32,000 nucleotides of DNA from Candidatus Methylomirabilis limnetica. Lineage in GTDB: Bacteria > Methylomirabilota > Methylomirabilia > Methylomirabilales > Methylomirabilaceae. Position 1 is the first letter of the stretch, and each line of letters begins with the position of its first letter. Positions 18,520-27,351 of this stretch are shown piece after piece. The stretch spans positions 2,030 to 34,029 of the forward strand of contig NZ_NVQC01000012.1 of assembly GCF_003044035.1 (NCBI RefSeq), given 5' to 3'. Under the pieces are notes generated by a model. It had not been told where the DNA came from. It worked only from the letters and a program-made list of their open reading frames with translations, and made no database searches. Position numbers and translations under genes: made by a program.

Positions 18520-19244
18520 GTCATACGTCCCTGTCTACTCCTCAAGGGGGTCAGCATAAATTAAACACGCCCGAAACGGAGTGTACCTAGCAGATATACC
18601 TTTAGCAATAGTCTATTCGGCCTATTTATCTAGAAGCTGTCGCCATGGTCTACGCTCTAATATCCCATCGCTACAGGCCAGAGGAATACGCACAATGTCC
18701 CACTCAACATCAACTTGAGCCACCATCCATGGCCGAGGCCACGCGCCACGGTTATCGCAGGATCACCAGATGGCTGCGTGTGAGATTGAGGCATCCGGAC
18801 ATCTCGCCGTGCGATGATGCCACGTACCGTGGAGTGCCCCCCAGAAAGTCAACAGGGCTTATGCCACCCGGGAGACGTGAGCGCACGGTTCACGCCAGGC
18901 GCGAGAAGTGAGAGATGGACCGAGTAGCCGACGTATAGCATGCAGCGTACATGGGCATCACAGGAATAATTAGCCGTAATGAGGGCGGTACTGGCGGGAG
19001 TGACAGCGTAGAGTACACCCACTAATCTGCACCGGCATCTGACCGCCTGGCGGATTTTAGGCGGAACCGGTGGCAGGTTTGATCGGCATGCGCGCTATTG
19101 TGCTACTACGCGCCTACTCGGGAATCAGGGGTGGGAGGATGATGGGGGAAGAGATTGGGGACGGAAGAGAGGGGAGAACTTCCCTGCGGGACTATCTCTT
19201 ACTGAACCACACCCGGCTCGAATCGGCGTTGAAGAACTCTATCG

Positions 19245-19586
19245 TCATTGGCGCAGTGCCTTGGCAGGCAGACACGGAGGATCAGGATTTGCGGATCGCT
19301 GTTTAAATAGCTCACTGATCGTTCCCCTGAGCTTCATGCATTGGCTCGCAGTGTCGTGGAATTGTTGGGCTAGCTTTGGCGAGCCCGCTTTGGTCACCTG
19401 ATTCGCACCTTGAGTGGCGGCATCGGCCATCCCCCCAGAGATACAATAACGCTGAGTCAGTACTTGGGTGGTCATCCCCTTTAGTTCAGCAGATTCCACG
19501 TGGCAATTCTCGGCCGCCGCAGAGACTCCTGGCACAAAGGCGAGCAGTACGCCAAACGCGACGCCTGTGCTTACAACGATTCGCAT
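19245..19586 (-). CDS. Hypothetical secreted protein (113 aa from internal ATG)
   Basis: MRIVVSTGVAFGVLLAFVPGVSAAAENC looks like a signal peptide. GGGGGT lies 6 nt upstream. Four Cys residues. Confidence 0.5.
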   Translation of the reverse strand: MRIVVSTGVAFGVLLAFVPGVSAAAENCHVESAELKGMTTQVLTQRYCISGGMADAATQGANQVTKAGSPKLAQQFHDTASQCMKLRGTISELFKQRSANPDPPCLPAKALRQ

Positions 19587-19650
19587 GGCCTTACCCCCTG
19601 CCGGATCCGATCCGGCTGCTATCTGGCCCTTAGTAGCCATTTTGTCCATC

Positions 19651-19869
19651 CTACCTCAAGGGCCATCGCGAATGAATTCGTTCCAACCGTCGCGCCATAA
19701 AATATGCAATCCATAGACACACTACGGTAAAACCAGCACACCCTAAAAAGAAAAGCCAGTGACCGAGCAGAAAAGCAGGGATCATAATAAGCACGGGGAA
19801 CACAACAGACAGGATCATGGCGAGTCGCCGAAAGTTTCGCTCCACGCTCGAGCTTAGATTCACGCTCAT
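19651..19869 (-). CDS. Hypothetical small membrane protein (two predicted TM helices)
   Basis: LAMILSVVFPVLIMIPAFLLG and LFFLGCAGFTVVCLWIAYF. A GGAGG lies upstream of the internal ATG. The start is uncertain (19869, 19878 or 19926). Confidence 0.45.
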   Translation of the reverse strand: MSVNLSSSVERNFRRLAMILSVVFPVLIMIPAFLLGHWLFFLGCAGFTVVCLWIAYFMARRLERIHSRWPLR

Positions 19870-19968
19870 AGGTATCATCACCTCCGGATAAAAACTACCT
19901 TGACCTCGATCATAAGAAAACCTCAAAGGGACCTACGCGAAGGTCAAAGTGGAGGTAGTGAGTGTTTG

Positions 19969-19989
19969 AAAAAGGGGGGTAGGCCCCTC
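19969..19989 (-). terminator. Weak terminator-like hairpin downstream of tRNA-Glu
   Basis: The - strand reads gaggggcctacccccc followed by TTTTT. The stem is short. Confidence 0.3.
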
Positions 19990-20070
19990 TTTACGCCAAC
20001 GGAGTAGTCACTATTTAGACACCGGAGGCCTGTCCAAATACAGCCAGACTTCGCAACCACCTAGACTTTT

Positions 20071-20146
20071 TGGTGGCCCCAACGGGGATCGAACCCGTGT
20101 TTCGGCCTTGAGAGGGCCACGTCCTAGGCCACTAGACGATGGGGCC
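20071..20146 (-). tRNA. tRNA-Glu (anticodon CUC), CCA encoded
   Basis: Hand-folded cloverleaf: acceptor GGCCCCA/TGGGGCC, D arm GTCT..GGAC, anticodon stem TGGCC/GGCCG with loop CTCTCAA, T arm ACGGG-TTCGATC-CCCGT, then A-CCA. Confidence 0.95.
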
Positions 20147-20341
20147 ATGCGATCAGGCAGGGATCAAAACAGCGCTTACTATATCGGAATATGGAATCGG
20201 CGCGCAATCAAAATCTACGGGACCGCGCCATGGCGCAAGAATGCTGGGAGTACGTCACCGACTGAGGAGGGGCGTAACGACCTCGTTATCGCTCGGCCTT
20301 GGCGAAAAGGCCTTGGTCGTTGGCGGCGCCAGGGCTGAAGG

Positions 20342-22414
20342 TCACAGCCCTTCCTGCCCTCGGATGAAGTATTCCTCGATGGCCTCTGGATCGGTCGACG
20401 AGGTCTGTTGTCCCGTCCTTCGATTCACCAAAGTCTGGTAGACCCCGTCAGGAGGGAGGAAGGGTTCGACGGGGCTGTCGCCCAGGCTCTGCCTCATGAA
20501 ATCTGCCCAGATGGGCGCAGCCACTTTTCCGGCCGTCTCGTGAGAGCCGATCGAGCGACGTTGATCGTAGCCCAGCCAGATTCCCGCCACAACGCTTGGG
20601 GTATACCCGAGGAACCAGAGATCCTCTGCGGCCTGAGTAGTCCCTGTTTTCGCGGCGACGGGGCGCCCAACACGCTTAGCGGCCCTCCCGGTTCCACGTT
20701 CGACTACGCCCTCAAGAACCGAGGTCAGGACAAAAGCTACCTCCTCGCGCATGACCTGTTGCGGCTGGGGAAACTGCTCTTCGAGTACGATCTCGCCAGG
20801 ACCCACCACGCGGCGGACGGCGAAGGGCGGCGACAAGATCCCCCGATTGGCGAACGCCTGATAGGCCGACATCAGCTCCAAGAGGCTTACCTCTGAGACG
20901 CCTAAGGCCATCGCATACTCTCGCCTTAGCTCCGAGGTGATCCCAAGCCGATGGGCGAGATCGATGACCGGATCGACCCCGATCGCGGCGATCAAGCGGA
21001 TCGTCGGGACGTTGATCGACTCCTCGAGTGCCCGACGAAGCGTCACCGGACCCCGATATTTGCGGTCCACATTCTCCGGAGCCCACGTCTCGCTTCGCTT
21101 CCCCGTATTGATCTCAAAGCTGATCGGAGCATCGTCGAAAATAGTCGCTGCCGTCAGCCCTCGCTCAAACGCTGCCGCATAGACGAGCGGCTTGAAAGCT
21201 GAACCGGGTTGCCGTCGTGCCTGAACTGCCCGATTGAACTGGCTCCGGCCGTAGTTTAAGCCGCCTACCAGCGCCTTAATCTCGCCGGTCCTGGCGTCGA
21301 GGGCGATAAGCGCCCCCTCCGGCACCGCGCCTCCACTCTCCTTTTGTCCGTCCTTGCGCTTGACGATCTCCGCAATACCACGGCTGATCGCCTTGACCGC
21401 TGCCCGCTGCATGCCGGCATTCAAGGTGGTGTATATTTTCAGCCCCCCCTGTCGGACGAGGATCGGGCCCAAGCGCACATCAAGCTGCTGTCGAACATAA
21501 TCGACGAACCAGGGCGCTATTCCCTTCGATCGAAACATCGGATTAACCGAAATAGGCGTGAGGTCAGCCCGTCGGGCCTGGGCCTGTTTAAGCACACCCG
21601 TTGCCACCATCCGGTCCAACACGTACTTCCGGCGCGCCTTGGCGCGCTTGACATCGATCAGCGGCGAGTACCTACCGGGCGCTCGAGGGAGTCCAGCGAG
21701 AAGCGCGGCTTCAGGAAGGGTGAGATCGGTAACGCTCTTACTGAAATAGGTCCTGGCGGCGGCTTCGACCCCATACGCCCCGTGGCCGAAGTAGATGGAA
21801 TTCAGGTACATCTCCAGGATCTGGTCTTTTGTGTAGGATTGCTCGATCTCCCTGGCAAGCCCTAATTCTTTCACCTTCCGCCCGATGGTCCGCTCGTGGC
21901 TCAAGAACAGGGTCTTGGCGAGTTGCTGCGTGATGGTGCTGCCCCCTTCCTTCACGGAAGCGGACATGAGATTTCTTACGGCTGCTCTCGCGATGCCTTT
22001 CAGGTCAAGCGCCCCATGCTCATAAAAGCGGGCGTCCTCAGCGGCGATGATAGCCTGTCGCAACTTCAGGGAAATCCGGGAGAGCGGGACAAAGGCCCGG
22101 TATTCCGGAACGATGGGACCCAATACCCTTCCTTCATCATCGTAGAGGATGCTTGGCTCGCCGGGCTGGAAGATCGGGAGCTGCAACAGGTGAGGCAGAT
22201 CCTCGACTTGCGCCAAAGGCGCCCCCCATGCGGCCGTGCCGAGAGACATGAGAATGAACAGCGTCGCGGTCGCTGCCCGCCATCTTGTCCTGCGGTCACG
22301 CTCTTGCCGTAAGGAAACTGGTATCACCCCCCTACCAGGCACACCGTGAATTAAAGAAGACATTCGTGGTCCTGAGAACCCGCCTTTCCGGACTCGTTCA
22401 CCTTTTCGCTGCAC
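20342..22414 (-). CDS. mrcA: Penicillin-binding protein 1A (bifunctional transglycosylase/transpeptidase)
   Basis: Glycosyltransferase motifs EDARFYEH, GGSTITQQLAK and RKVKE, and transpeptidase motifs SAFKP and KTGTT. It has an N-terminal TM segment. The exact start is uncertain. Confidence 0.92.
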   Translation of the reverse strand: MQRKGERVRKGGFSGPRMSSLIHGVPGRGVIPVSLRQERDRRTRWRAATATLFILMSLGTAAWGAPLAQVEDLPHLLQLPIFQPGEPSILYDDEGRVLGPIVPEYRAFVPLSRISLKLRQAIIAAEDARFYEHGALDLKGIARAAVRNLMSASVKEGGSTITQQLAKTLFLSHERTIGRKVKELGLAREIEQSYTKDQILEMYLNSIYFGHGAYGVEAAARTYFSKSVTDLTLPEAALLAGLPRAPGRYSPLIDVKRAKARRKYVLDRMVATGVLKQAQARRADLTPISVNPMFRSKGIAPWFVDYVRQQLDVRLGPILVRQGGLKIYTTLNAGMQRAAVKAISRGIAEIVKRKDGQKESGGAVPEGALIALDARTGEIKALVGGLNYGRSQFNRAVQARRQPGSAFKPLVYAAAFERGLTAATIFDDAPISFEINTGKRSETWAPENVDRKYRGPVTLRRALEESINVPTIRLIAAIGVDPVIDLAHRLGITSELRREYAMALGVSEVSLLELMSAYQAFANRGILSPPFAVRRVVGPGEIVLEEQFPQPQQVMREEVAFVLTSVLEGVVERGTGRAAKRVGRPVAAKTGTTQAAEDLWFLGYTPSVVAGIWLGYDQRRSIGSHETAGKVAAPIWADFMRQSLGDSPVEPFLPPDGVYQTLVNRRTGQQTSSTDPEAIEEYFIRGQEGL

Positions 22415-22481
22415 ATGGTTATACTCTTAGGCTTTTGTTAATTCTCGTCGCGGGTCGATACCCCGCGGCTTGCCGCGAGTT

Positions 22482-22594
22482 CGTCATACCGGCGGACCCC
22501 GGATCGGAGTCCGGGGCAGGCACCGGTATCAAGCGGGCCCGACTGGATTCCCCCGTATCAAGTACGGGGCAGGCTCGTCAAGTACGGAATGACG
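22482..22594. repeat. Palindrome-rich extragenic element
   Basis: Ends cgtcataccg (22482-22491) and cggaatgacg (22585-22594) are near inverted repeats. Internal hairpins are ccccgga-N6-tccgggg and ccccgta-N5-tacgggg. The motif gtatcaag recurs. Confidence 0.5.
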
Positions 22595-22966
22595 GGCCAG
22601 AACAGAAGACGATACCCCGTAGCTTGCTGCGGGGTAGTTCATTTTGTCCAGCCTGCTGATGGCCACGGGGATTCCGTGGCCCATACTGTTCGCATGGTTG
22701 CACGCAGGAAGCCACCTGAATCCATCCATATATCTCCCGCCAAACCTTGCCATACTATATCATGGAATGGCGATCCCTTGAGGAGATCCATTGGGCGCTA
22801 TTTGCTCATTGACATAGACCAGTCGTCACGATACACGTGTACGCGAGGCCACATCGGACCGATGCGTGAACCCTGCACCACCCAACATGAAACGCCTGCG
22901 GCTCTCCTTCGAACAGTCCGGAGCGGGACAGGCCCAACACAAGAGGCGATTTCTCATGGAGCAGAC

Positions 22967-23536
22967 ATGGTGAAGAAGGCGCATGCGTTAGCAGAACAGG
23001 CGTGGAAGACCCTCTCCAGCCGGCCGATCTACCAGAACAGATGGCTCTCCCTCTGCGAAGATCTCGTCGAACTCCCTGACGGACGGACTACGATCTACGG
23101 TGTGGTGACAAGTGGCGAGTGTGCCGGCATTCTGCCCTTCCTCGACAGCCACACGGTCCTGCTAGTGAAGCAGTATCGGTACGTTGCGAAGCGGGTCACA
23201 TGGGAGATGCCGACAGGTGGGGTCCATGAGGGCGAATCGATCGAGGCTGCGGCCCAGCGAGAGCTGAGTGAAGAGATCGGGTATCAGGCGGGAAGGCTCA
23301 CCAGGATCAGCACCTATCACACGAGCAAGAGCGTGATGGACGAGACGGCCCACCTCTTCATCGGGGAGGAGTTGGCCAGCCTGGAGCGGCCTCCGGACGA
23401 GACGGAGTTCATCGAGGTCCGCGCCTTCCCCTTCACCGATGCCCTCCAGATGGTCCTACAGGGTGAAATCGTCGACGGGATGACGATCATCGCCATGCTC
23501 CACGCCGCCCGCCTGAGGGGCTCTAGTGTCGACTGA
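22967..23536 (+). CDS. NUDIX hydrolase (ADP-ribose pyrophosphatase-like)
   Basis: From internal ATG with a GGAG 5 nt upstream. Nudix box GGVHEGESIEAAAQRELSEEIGY. The 126-codon N-terminal extension in the ORF track covers repeats. Confidence 0.85.
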   Translation: MVKKAHALAEQAWKTLSSRPIYQNRWLSLCEDLVELPDGRTTIYGVVTSGECAGILPFLDSHTVLLVKQYRYVAKRVTWEMPTGGVHEGESIEAAAQRELSEEIGYQAGRLTRISTYHTSKSVMDETAHLFIGEELASLERPPDETEFIEVRAFPFTDALQMVLQGEIVDGMTIIAMLHAARLRGSSVD

Positions 23537-23603
23537 ACCATATGAGGCTATGTAGCATCTAAGAGGACAGAGAATATAGACGCAACCTTGAAAGCCGAGT
23601 GGT

Positions 23604-23629
23604 GTCGGGTTACGCTGCGCTAACCCGAC
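23604..23629. repeat. REP-like hairpin
   Basis: gtcgggtta-cgctgcgc-taacccgac, a perfect 9-bp stem. Confidence 0.55.
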
Positions 23630-23649
23630 CTACGGCTACGGCTAAATGC

Positions 23650-23658
23650 TGATATAAT
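23650..23658 (+). promoter_or_regulatory. Extended -10 element upstream of msrP
   Basis: TGaTATAAT. There is no good -35. Confidence 0.35.
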
Positions 23659-23774
23659 AGCTGTAGACACAACCCAGATAACGGAGCGTTCGCGATGACT
23701 CGAAAGATCGCATCCGACACCTACCAAGGTCCGGGTGCCGAGTGCCCTCTATCTCAGAATTGTAGGAGCGTCTC

Positions 23775-24728
23775 ATGTTTATCAGGCATGCTCCAGACAT
23801 TGCACCGTCAGAGATTACGGACTATCAGCTCTACCTCAACCGGCGGTCGTTTCTGATCGGAATAGCGGCCTTGGCGCTGGCCCCGACTAGATCGGCTCTG
23901 GCGGCTCCGCCAGCCGGCGAATCTCTCCCTGCCGCCCGCAACGAGCAGTTCACCCTCAAGGATCCCCTGACCCCCCTTGAAAGCATCACTTCCTACAATA
24001 ACTTTTATGAAATGGGTCCGAATAAGGACGATCCGGCACGGCTGGCGCATCTGCTCAAGCCGCGCCCCTGGACGGTTCAGATCGATGGCCACGTGGCACG
24101 CCCCAGGCGCTACGACGTTGAGGAGCTGATGCGACTGTTCCCGCTGGAAGAGCGGGTATATCGCCTCCGCTGTGTCGAGGGGTGGTCGATGGTGATCCCA
24201 TGGATCGGCTACCCGCTCGCTTCTCTCATCAAGCTGGTAGAACCGACGAGCAAGGCCAGGTTCGTAGAGTTCACCACACTCCACGATCCTGCGCAGTTCC
24301 CTGGGCAGCGCAAAAGCCTTTTCAACCTCTCCTCAATCGAGTGGCCATACGTGGAGGGGTTGCGGCTGGATGAGGCGCTCCACCCGCTCACGCTGCTCAC
24401 ATTCGGGCTGTACGGTCAGGTGTTGCCCAACCAGGACGGCGCCCCCATTCGCATCGTCGAGCCATGGAAGTACGGGTTCAAGAGCGCAAAGTCGATCGTG
24501 CGAATCCGCTTCGTGAGTGAGCAACCGAAGACAGCGTGGGAAAAGGCGACTCCAAAGGAATACGGGTTCTACTCGAACGTCAACCCTGCCGTTGATCATC
24601 CACGCTGGAGCCAGGCGACTGAGAGACGCATCGGAGAGTTTCGACGGCGAAAGACGCTGATGTTCAACGGCTATGCAGACCAGGTCGCGGCGCTGTATGC
24701 CGGAATGGACCTGCAACGGAACTTCTAA
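23775..24728 (+). CDS. msrP: Protein-methionine-sulfoxide reductase catalytic subunit (molybdopterin, YedY)
   Basis: 317 aa with a Tat-like signal ([16 protein letters not shown]) and YedY-type motifs ([23 protein letters not shown]). It is followed by msrQ. Confidence 0.9.
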   Translation: MFIRHAPDIAPSEITDYQLYLNRRSFLIGIAALALAPTRSALAAPPAGESLPAARNEQFTLKDPLTPLESITSYNNFYEMGPNKDDPARLAHLLKPRPWTVQIDGHVARPRRYDVEELMRLFPLEERVYRLRCVEGWSMVIPWIGYPLASLIKLVEPTSKARFVEFTTLHDPAQFPGQRKSLFNLSSIEWPYVEGLRLDEALHPLTLLTFGLYGQVLPNQDGAPIRIVEPWKYGFKSAKSIVRIRFVSEQPKTAWEKATPKEYGFYSNVNPAVDHPRWSQATERRIGEFRRRKTLMFNGYADQVAALYAGMDLQRNF

Positions 24729-24732
24729 TCCC

Positions 24733-25404
24733 GTGTCCAGACGAGCTCGCACCAGACTGAAGAGCGCAGTGTGGGGCGTTGCGCTATTACCCCTACTGCT
24801 TCTCCTGTATCGGTTCCTTACCGATCGGCTCGGCCCCAATCCGATCTCGTACGCCACTAACCTGCTCGGCGACACCACGCTCCGACTGCTGCTCGCCAGC
24901 CTTGCCCTGACGCCCCTTCGTATTCTGTTTGGGATCGCGTGGCAAATGAGCCTGCGGCGTCTGCTGGGATTGTTCGCGTTCTTCTACGTCTGTCTCCACT
25001 TCACCGTCTGGATCGCGGTAGACCACTTCTTCGACTGGGGGCAGCTCGCAGCCGACATCGTCAAGCGGCCCTACATCACCGTTGGCATGCTCGCCCTGAC
25101 GCTACTGGTGCCGCTTGCCGGCACTTCCACATCAGGAATGGTGAAGCGTCTGGGGGGCAAGAACTGGCGGCGACTGCACAGGCTGGTCTACGTCATCGGT
25201 CTGCTCGCCGTGCTGCATTACCTGTGGCTGGCCAAGAAGGGCGTGAACGACCCGTATCTCTACGCCGGGGTGCTGGCCGTCCTGCTGAGCATTCGCCTGT
25301 GGGACTTGGCTCGACGCAAAGCTTGGTTGGGCTTTCCGACATGGCGTCGTGGAGGGAATTCTCCGACAAGGACCGCCAATGAAATGCGTGGAACGTCTAC
25401 TTAG
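24733..25404 (+). CDS. msrQ: Protein-methionine-sulfoxide reductase heme-binding membrane subunit (YedZ)
   Basis: GTG start just after the msrP stop. Multi-TM protein with conserved His residues (CLHF, VLHYLW). The last ~36 codons lie in the 95-bp repeat. Confidence 0.85.
   Translation: MSRRARTRLKSAVWGVALLPLLLLLYRFLTDRLGPNPISYATNLLGDTTLRLLLASLALTPLRILFGIAWQMSLRRLLGLFAFFYVCLHFTVWIAVDHFFDWGQLAADIVKRPYITVGMLALTLLVPLAGTSTSGMVKRLGGKNWRRLHRLVYVIGLLAVLHYLWLAKKGVNDPYLYAGVLAVLLSIRLWDLARRKAWLGFPTWRRGGNSPTRTANEMRGTST
25295..25390 (+). repeat. Direct repeat, copy 1 (msrQ 3' end)
   Basis: Roughly 83% identical by eye to 27072-27165. It contains the hairpin cgacgc...gcgtcg. Confidence 0.8.
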
Positions 25405-25543
25405 GCCCGCTGAAACTCGGCCGGCTCCATGAACGACATATGCGGATCGAGGATGGATATGGTAGGTGAACACGCCACAAGGTGTCACCCTTGTCCCCGG
25501 ACTGTTTTGTTACCTATCTCCCCGACCGCTCAGGCATCCCAAA

Positions 25544-25849
25544 TCAATGAGCCTCAGCGTAGACCTTGACTTCTCTCTCAAGACGGTCACCTAGCTCATC
25601 CTCCTCGACATCAAGGTCATACTGAGCCTGGAGCCCGATCCAGAACTCAGGTGATGTGACAAAGTAGCGGGCCAGACGCAGGGCCGTATTGGCCGTCACG
25701 CTCCGCTTTCCCAAGGTGATCTCATTGATGCGGCGTGGATCAACTCCAATATCGAGAGCCAGCCGATGCTGACTGAGACCCAGCGGCTTTAGGAACTCCT
25801 CCTGCAGGACTTCTCCGGGGTGGATAGGTGCCATCTTCTGTTTTGCCAT
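25544..25849 (-). CDS. higA: HigA-type antitoxin (XRE helix-turn-helix)
   Basis: MAKQKMAPIHPGEVLQEEFLKPLGLSQHRLALDIGVDPRRINEITLGKRSVTANTALRLARYF: a canonical HigA/VapI N-terminus. Confidence 0.85.
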   Translation of the reverse strand: MAKQKMAPIHPGEVLQEEFLKPLGLSQHRLALDIGVDPRRINEITLGKRSVTANTALRLARYFVTSPEFWIGLQAQYDLDVEEDELGDRLEREVKVYAEAH

Positions 25850-25864
25850 CCGATGTAACTCCTC

Positions 25865-26092
25865 GTGATAGTCCGTGATCTCCACCTCAAAAGCATCGCT
25901 ACCTCGCCAGGCGAAGCAAATCCGCCATTGATCATTGATACGGATCGAATGCTGCCATGTGCGATTGCCTTTGAGCTTTTCCAAACGATTCCCGGGAGGG
26001 GACAGAAGATCTTGCAATGTAGCTCTTGTCAAGGAGGGCTGAGGCGTCTTAGGCGGCTTCGTCTGAAACGCGCGTGATACGTCGCGGTCCAC
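25865..26092 (-). pseudogene. higB: HigB-like (RelE-fold killer protein) remnant, N-terminally degenerate and without its own stop
   Basis: LLSPPGNRLEKLKGNRTWQHSIRINDQWRICFAWRGSDAFEVEITDYH is the canonical HigB C-terminal two thirds. The N-terminal region is not recognisable and overlaps gene 26049-26258. The frame reads through into higA. Confidence 0.55.
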
Positions 26093-26258
26093 GAGACGTA
26101 ACCCTTCGCCCCGCTTGGGTCTGATGGGCGCGTAACATCTCACACAGTTTGTGAAGGTCGTAGTCGACTTCGACAAGCAACGCCTCTCGCGCGGCGCGCA
26201 CCTCGGCAACTACCGGATCAACCCACGGCTCCTTGGCATCAAAGTGCTCGGTCGTCAT
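26049..26258 (-). CDS. Small 69-aa protein downstream of the PIN gene, probable cognate partner
   Basis: Its ATG overlaps the PIN stop. KEPWVDPVVAEVRAAREALLVEVDYDLHKLCEMLR is a pattern I recall next to this PIN subfamily. Confidence 0.6.
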   Translation of the reverse strand: MTTEHFDAKEPWVDPVVAEVRAAREALLVEVDYDLHKLCEMLRAHQTQAGRRVTSRGPRRITRVSDEAA

Positions 26259-26737
26259 GGTTCCTCTCCCGCCATCAGCTCGTCCGGGGTACAGAGAACA
26301 GGGGGCTCAAAGCCCAGGCTGCGGCAAACTCGCTCGACGCGAGGCCGGATGAGTGCATTGGCTATGTGGGTGGCGTTCCACGTCATCAGGTAATCGATGC
26401 CCTGGGATGCGGCTATCGCAATGTGAAGTGCATCCGCCCGGGCATGTTGGGGAAGTCCCGCGTGGCGGAGAATGTGATCGGCGATTTCCTCGGCAAGTGG
26501 ACTGGTATCGACAGCTTCAATCCCATCGAGCCAAGCAAGGCGGCGCGCGGACGCTTCAGCGTCCCCCCGCGATATCTCCACGAGCACAAGCTCAGATACG
26601 AACAGCTGGAAGGAATTGCGTCGACGGTCCCACCATTCGTGCGTCAGCTGCTGCCGGGCCGCCGTGATCAGGTCCCGGCTGGGCTGGGCGGCGAGGTAGC
26701 TAATGATCGAGGTTTCAAGGTAGATCGTGGGAACCAT
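26255..26737 (-). CDS. PIN-domain protein (VapC-family toxin-like)
   Basis: IYLETSIISYL ... LVLVEI ... DALHIAIAASQGIDYLMTWNATHIAN: PIN acidic residues in the expected order. Confidence 0.85.
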   Translation of the reverse strand: MVPTIYLETSIISYLAAQPSRDLITAARQQLTHEWWDRRRNSFQLFVSELVLVEISRGDAEASARRLAWLDGIEAVDTSPLAEEIADHILRHAGLPQHARADALHIAIAASQGIDYLMTWNATHIANALIRPRVERVCRSLGFEPPVLCTPDELMAGEEP

Positions 26738-26927
26738 GCCCCCAGCCTATCGCAAACCGTGTGTCTTGTCTACTTTGCCCATAACCACCAGTGTGGCTGC
26801 ATAACGTCCGCACTAAGCCGCGGTGGGCGCCAGAGCTGCGTCGACCTTCACCTTCGCCATCGAACGATGCGCGCTCCCGATTCCGAACCCCTGCCAGGCC
26901 CCCTTGCTCCACAAGAGCTTTCGCGTC

Positions 26928-27071
26928 CCGAAACCACCCCTGCGGCCGAGTCTCGACCGCGACGCCATTGATGAACTGATCTATCGGACGACCGTCCTTA
27001 GGACCCGGCTCCTGCTCGATCCGCAGGCCAGGTGTGGCCTGCGGATCGGGGAAGTCCTAAGCCTCACGGTT
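26928..27071 (+). pseudogene. Possible tyrosine recombinase fragment
   Basis: LDRDAIDELIYRTTVLRTRLLLDPQARCGLRIGEVLSL resembles the region around the first catalytic Arg (..TGLRIGE.L.L). It is cut off by repeat copy 2. Confidence 0.35.
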
Positions 27072-27165
27072 GCCTGTGGGACTGGGCGCGACGCAAAGCC
27101 TGGTTGGGATTTCAGGCATGGCGTCGTGGAGGCCATTCGCCGACAAGGACCGCCGATAAAATGGG
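27072..27165 (+). repeat. Direct repeat, copy 2
   Basis: See 25295-25390. Confidence 0.8.
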
Positions 27166-27351
27166 GCGGATTAATCCCCGGCCATTTTTGCCGATGATCG
27201 CGCGATCGGGATCGATCTCCTCCCGACCTCCCTTCAGACCATTCTAGATCTCCTAGTCCATGGCTTGGTGTATTATCAGAACGTGGCTGTTTTATATTAT
27301 TGGTATATTAATAAGATTTGACACGATTCTCCAGCATGGTAGCATATAGCC

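Noticed and set aside
18645-18911. 88-aa ORF in the low-GC islet
   Set aside because: It has no Shine-Dalgarno and no recognisable motif, and it is Arg/Pro-rich. It is probably non-coding debris next to the ISL3 scar.
22589-22966. 126-codon N-terminal extension of the NUDIX ORF
   Set aside because: It covers palindromic repeats and has odd composition. A good ATG with GGAG at 22967 gives a normal-length NUDIX protein.
25544-26209. Single 221-aa ORF
   Set aside because: It is a composite of an unrecognisable N-terminus overlapping another gene, a HigB-like core and a complete HigA with its own ATG. I annotated it as a remnant plus higA.
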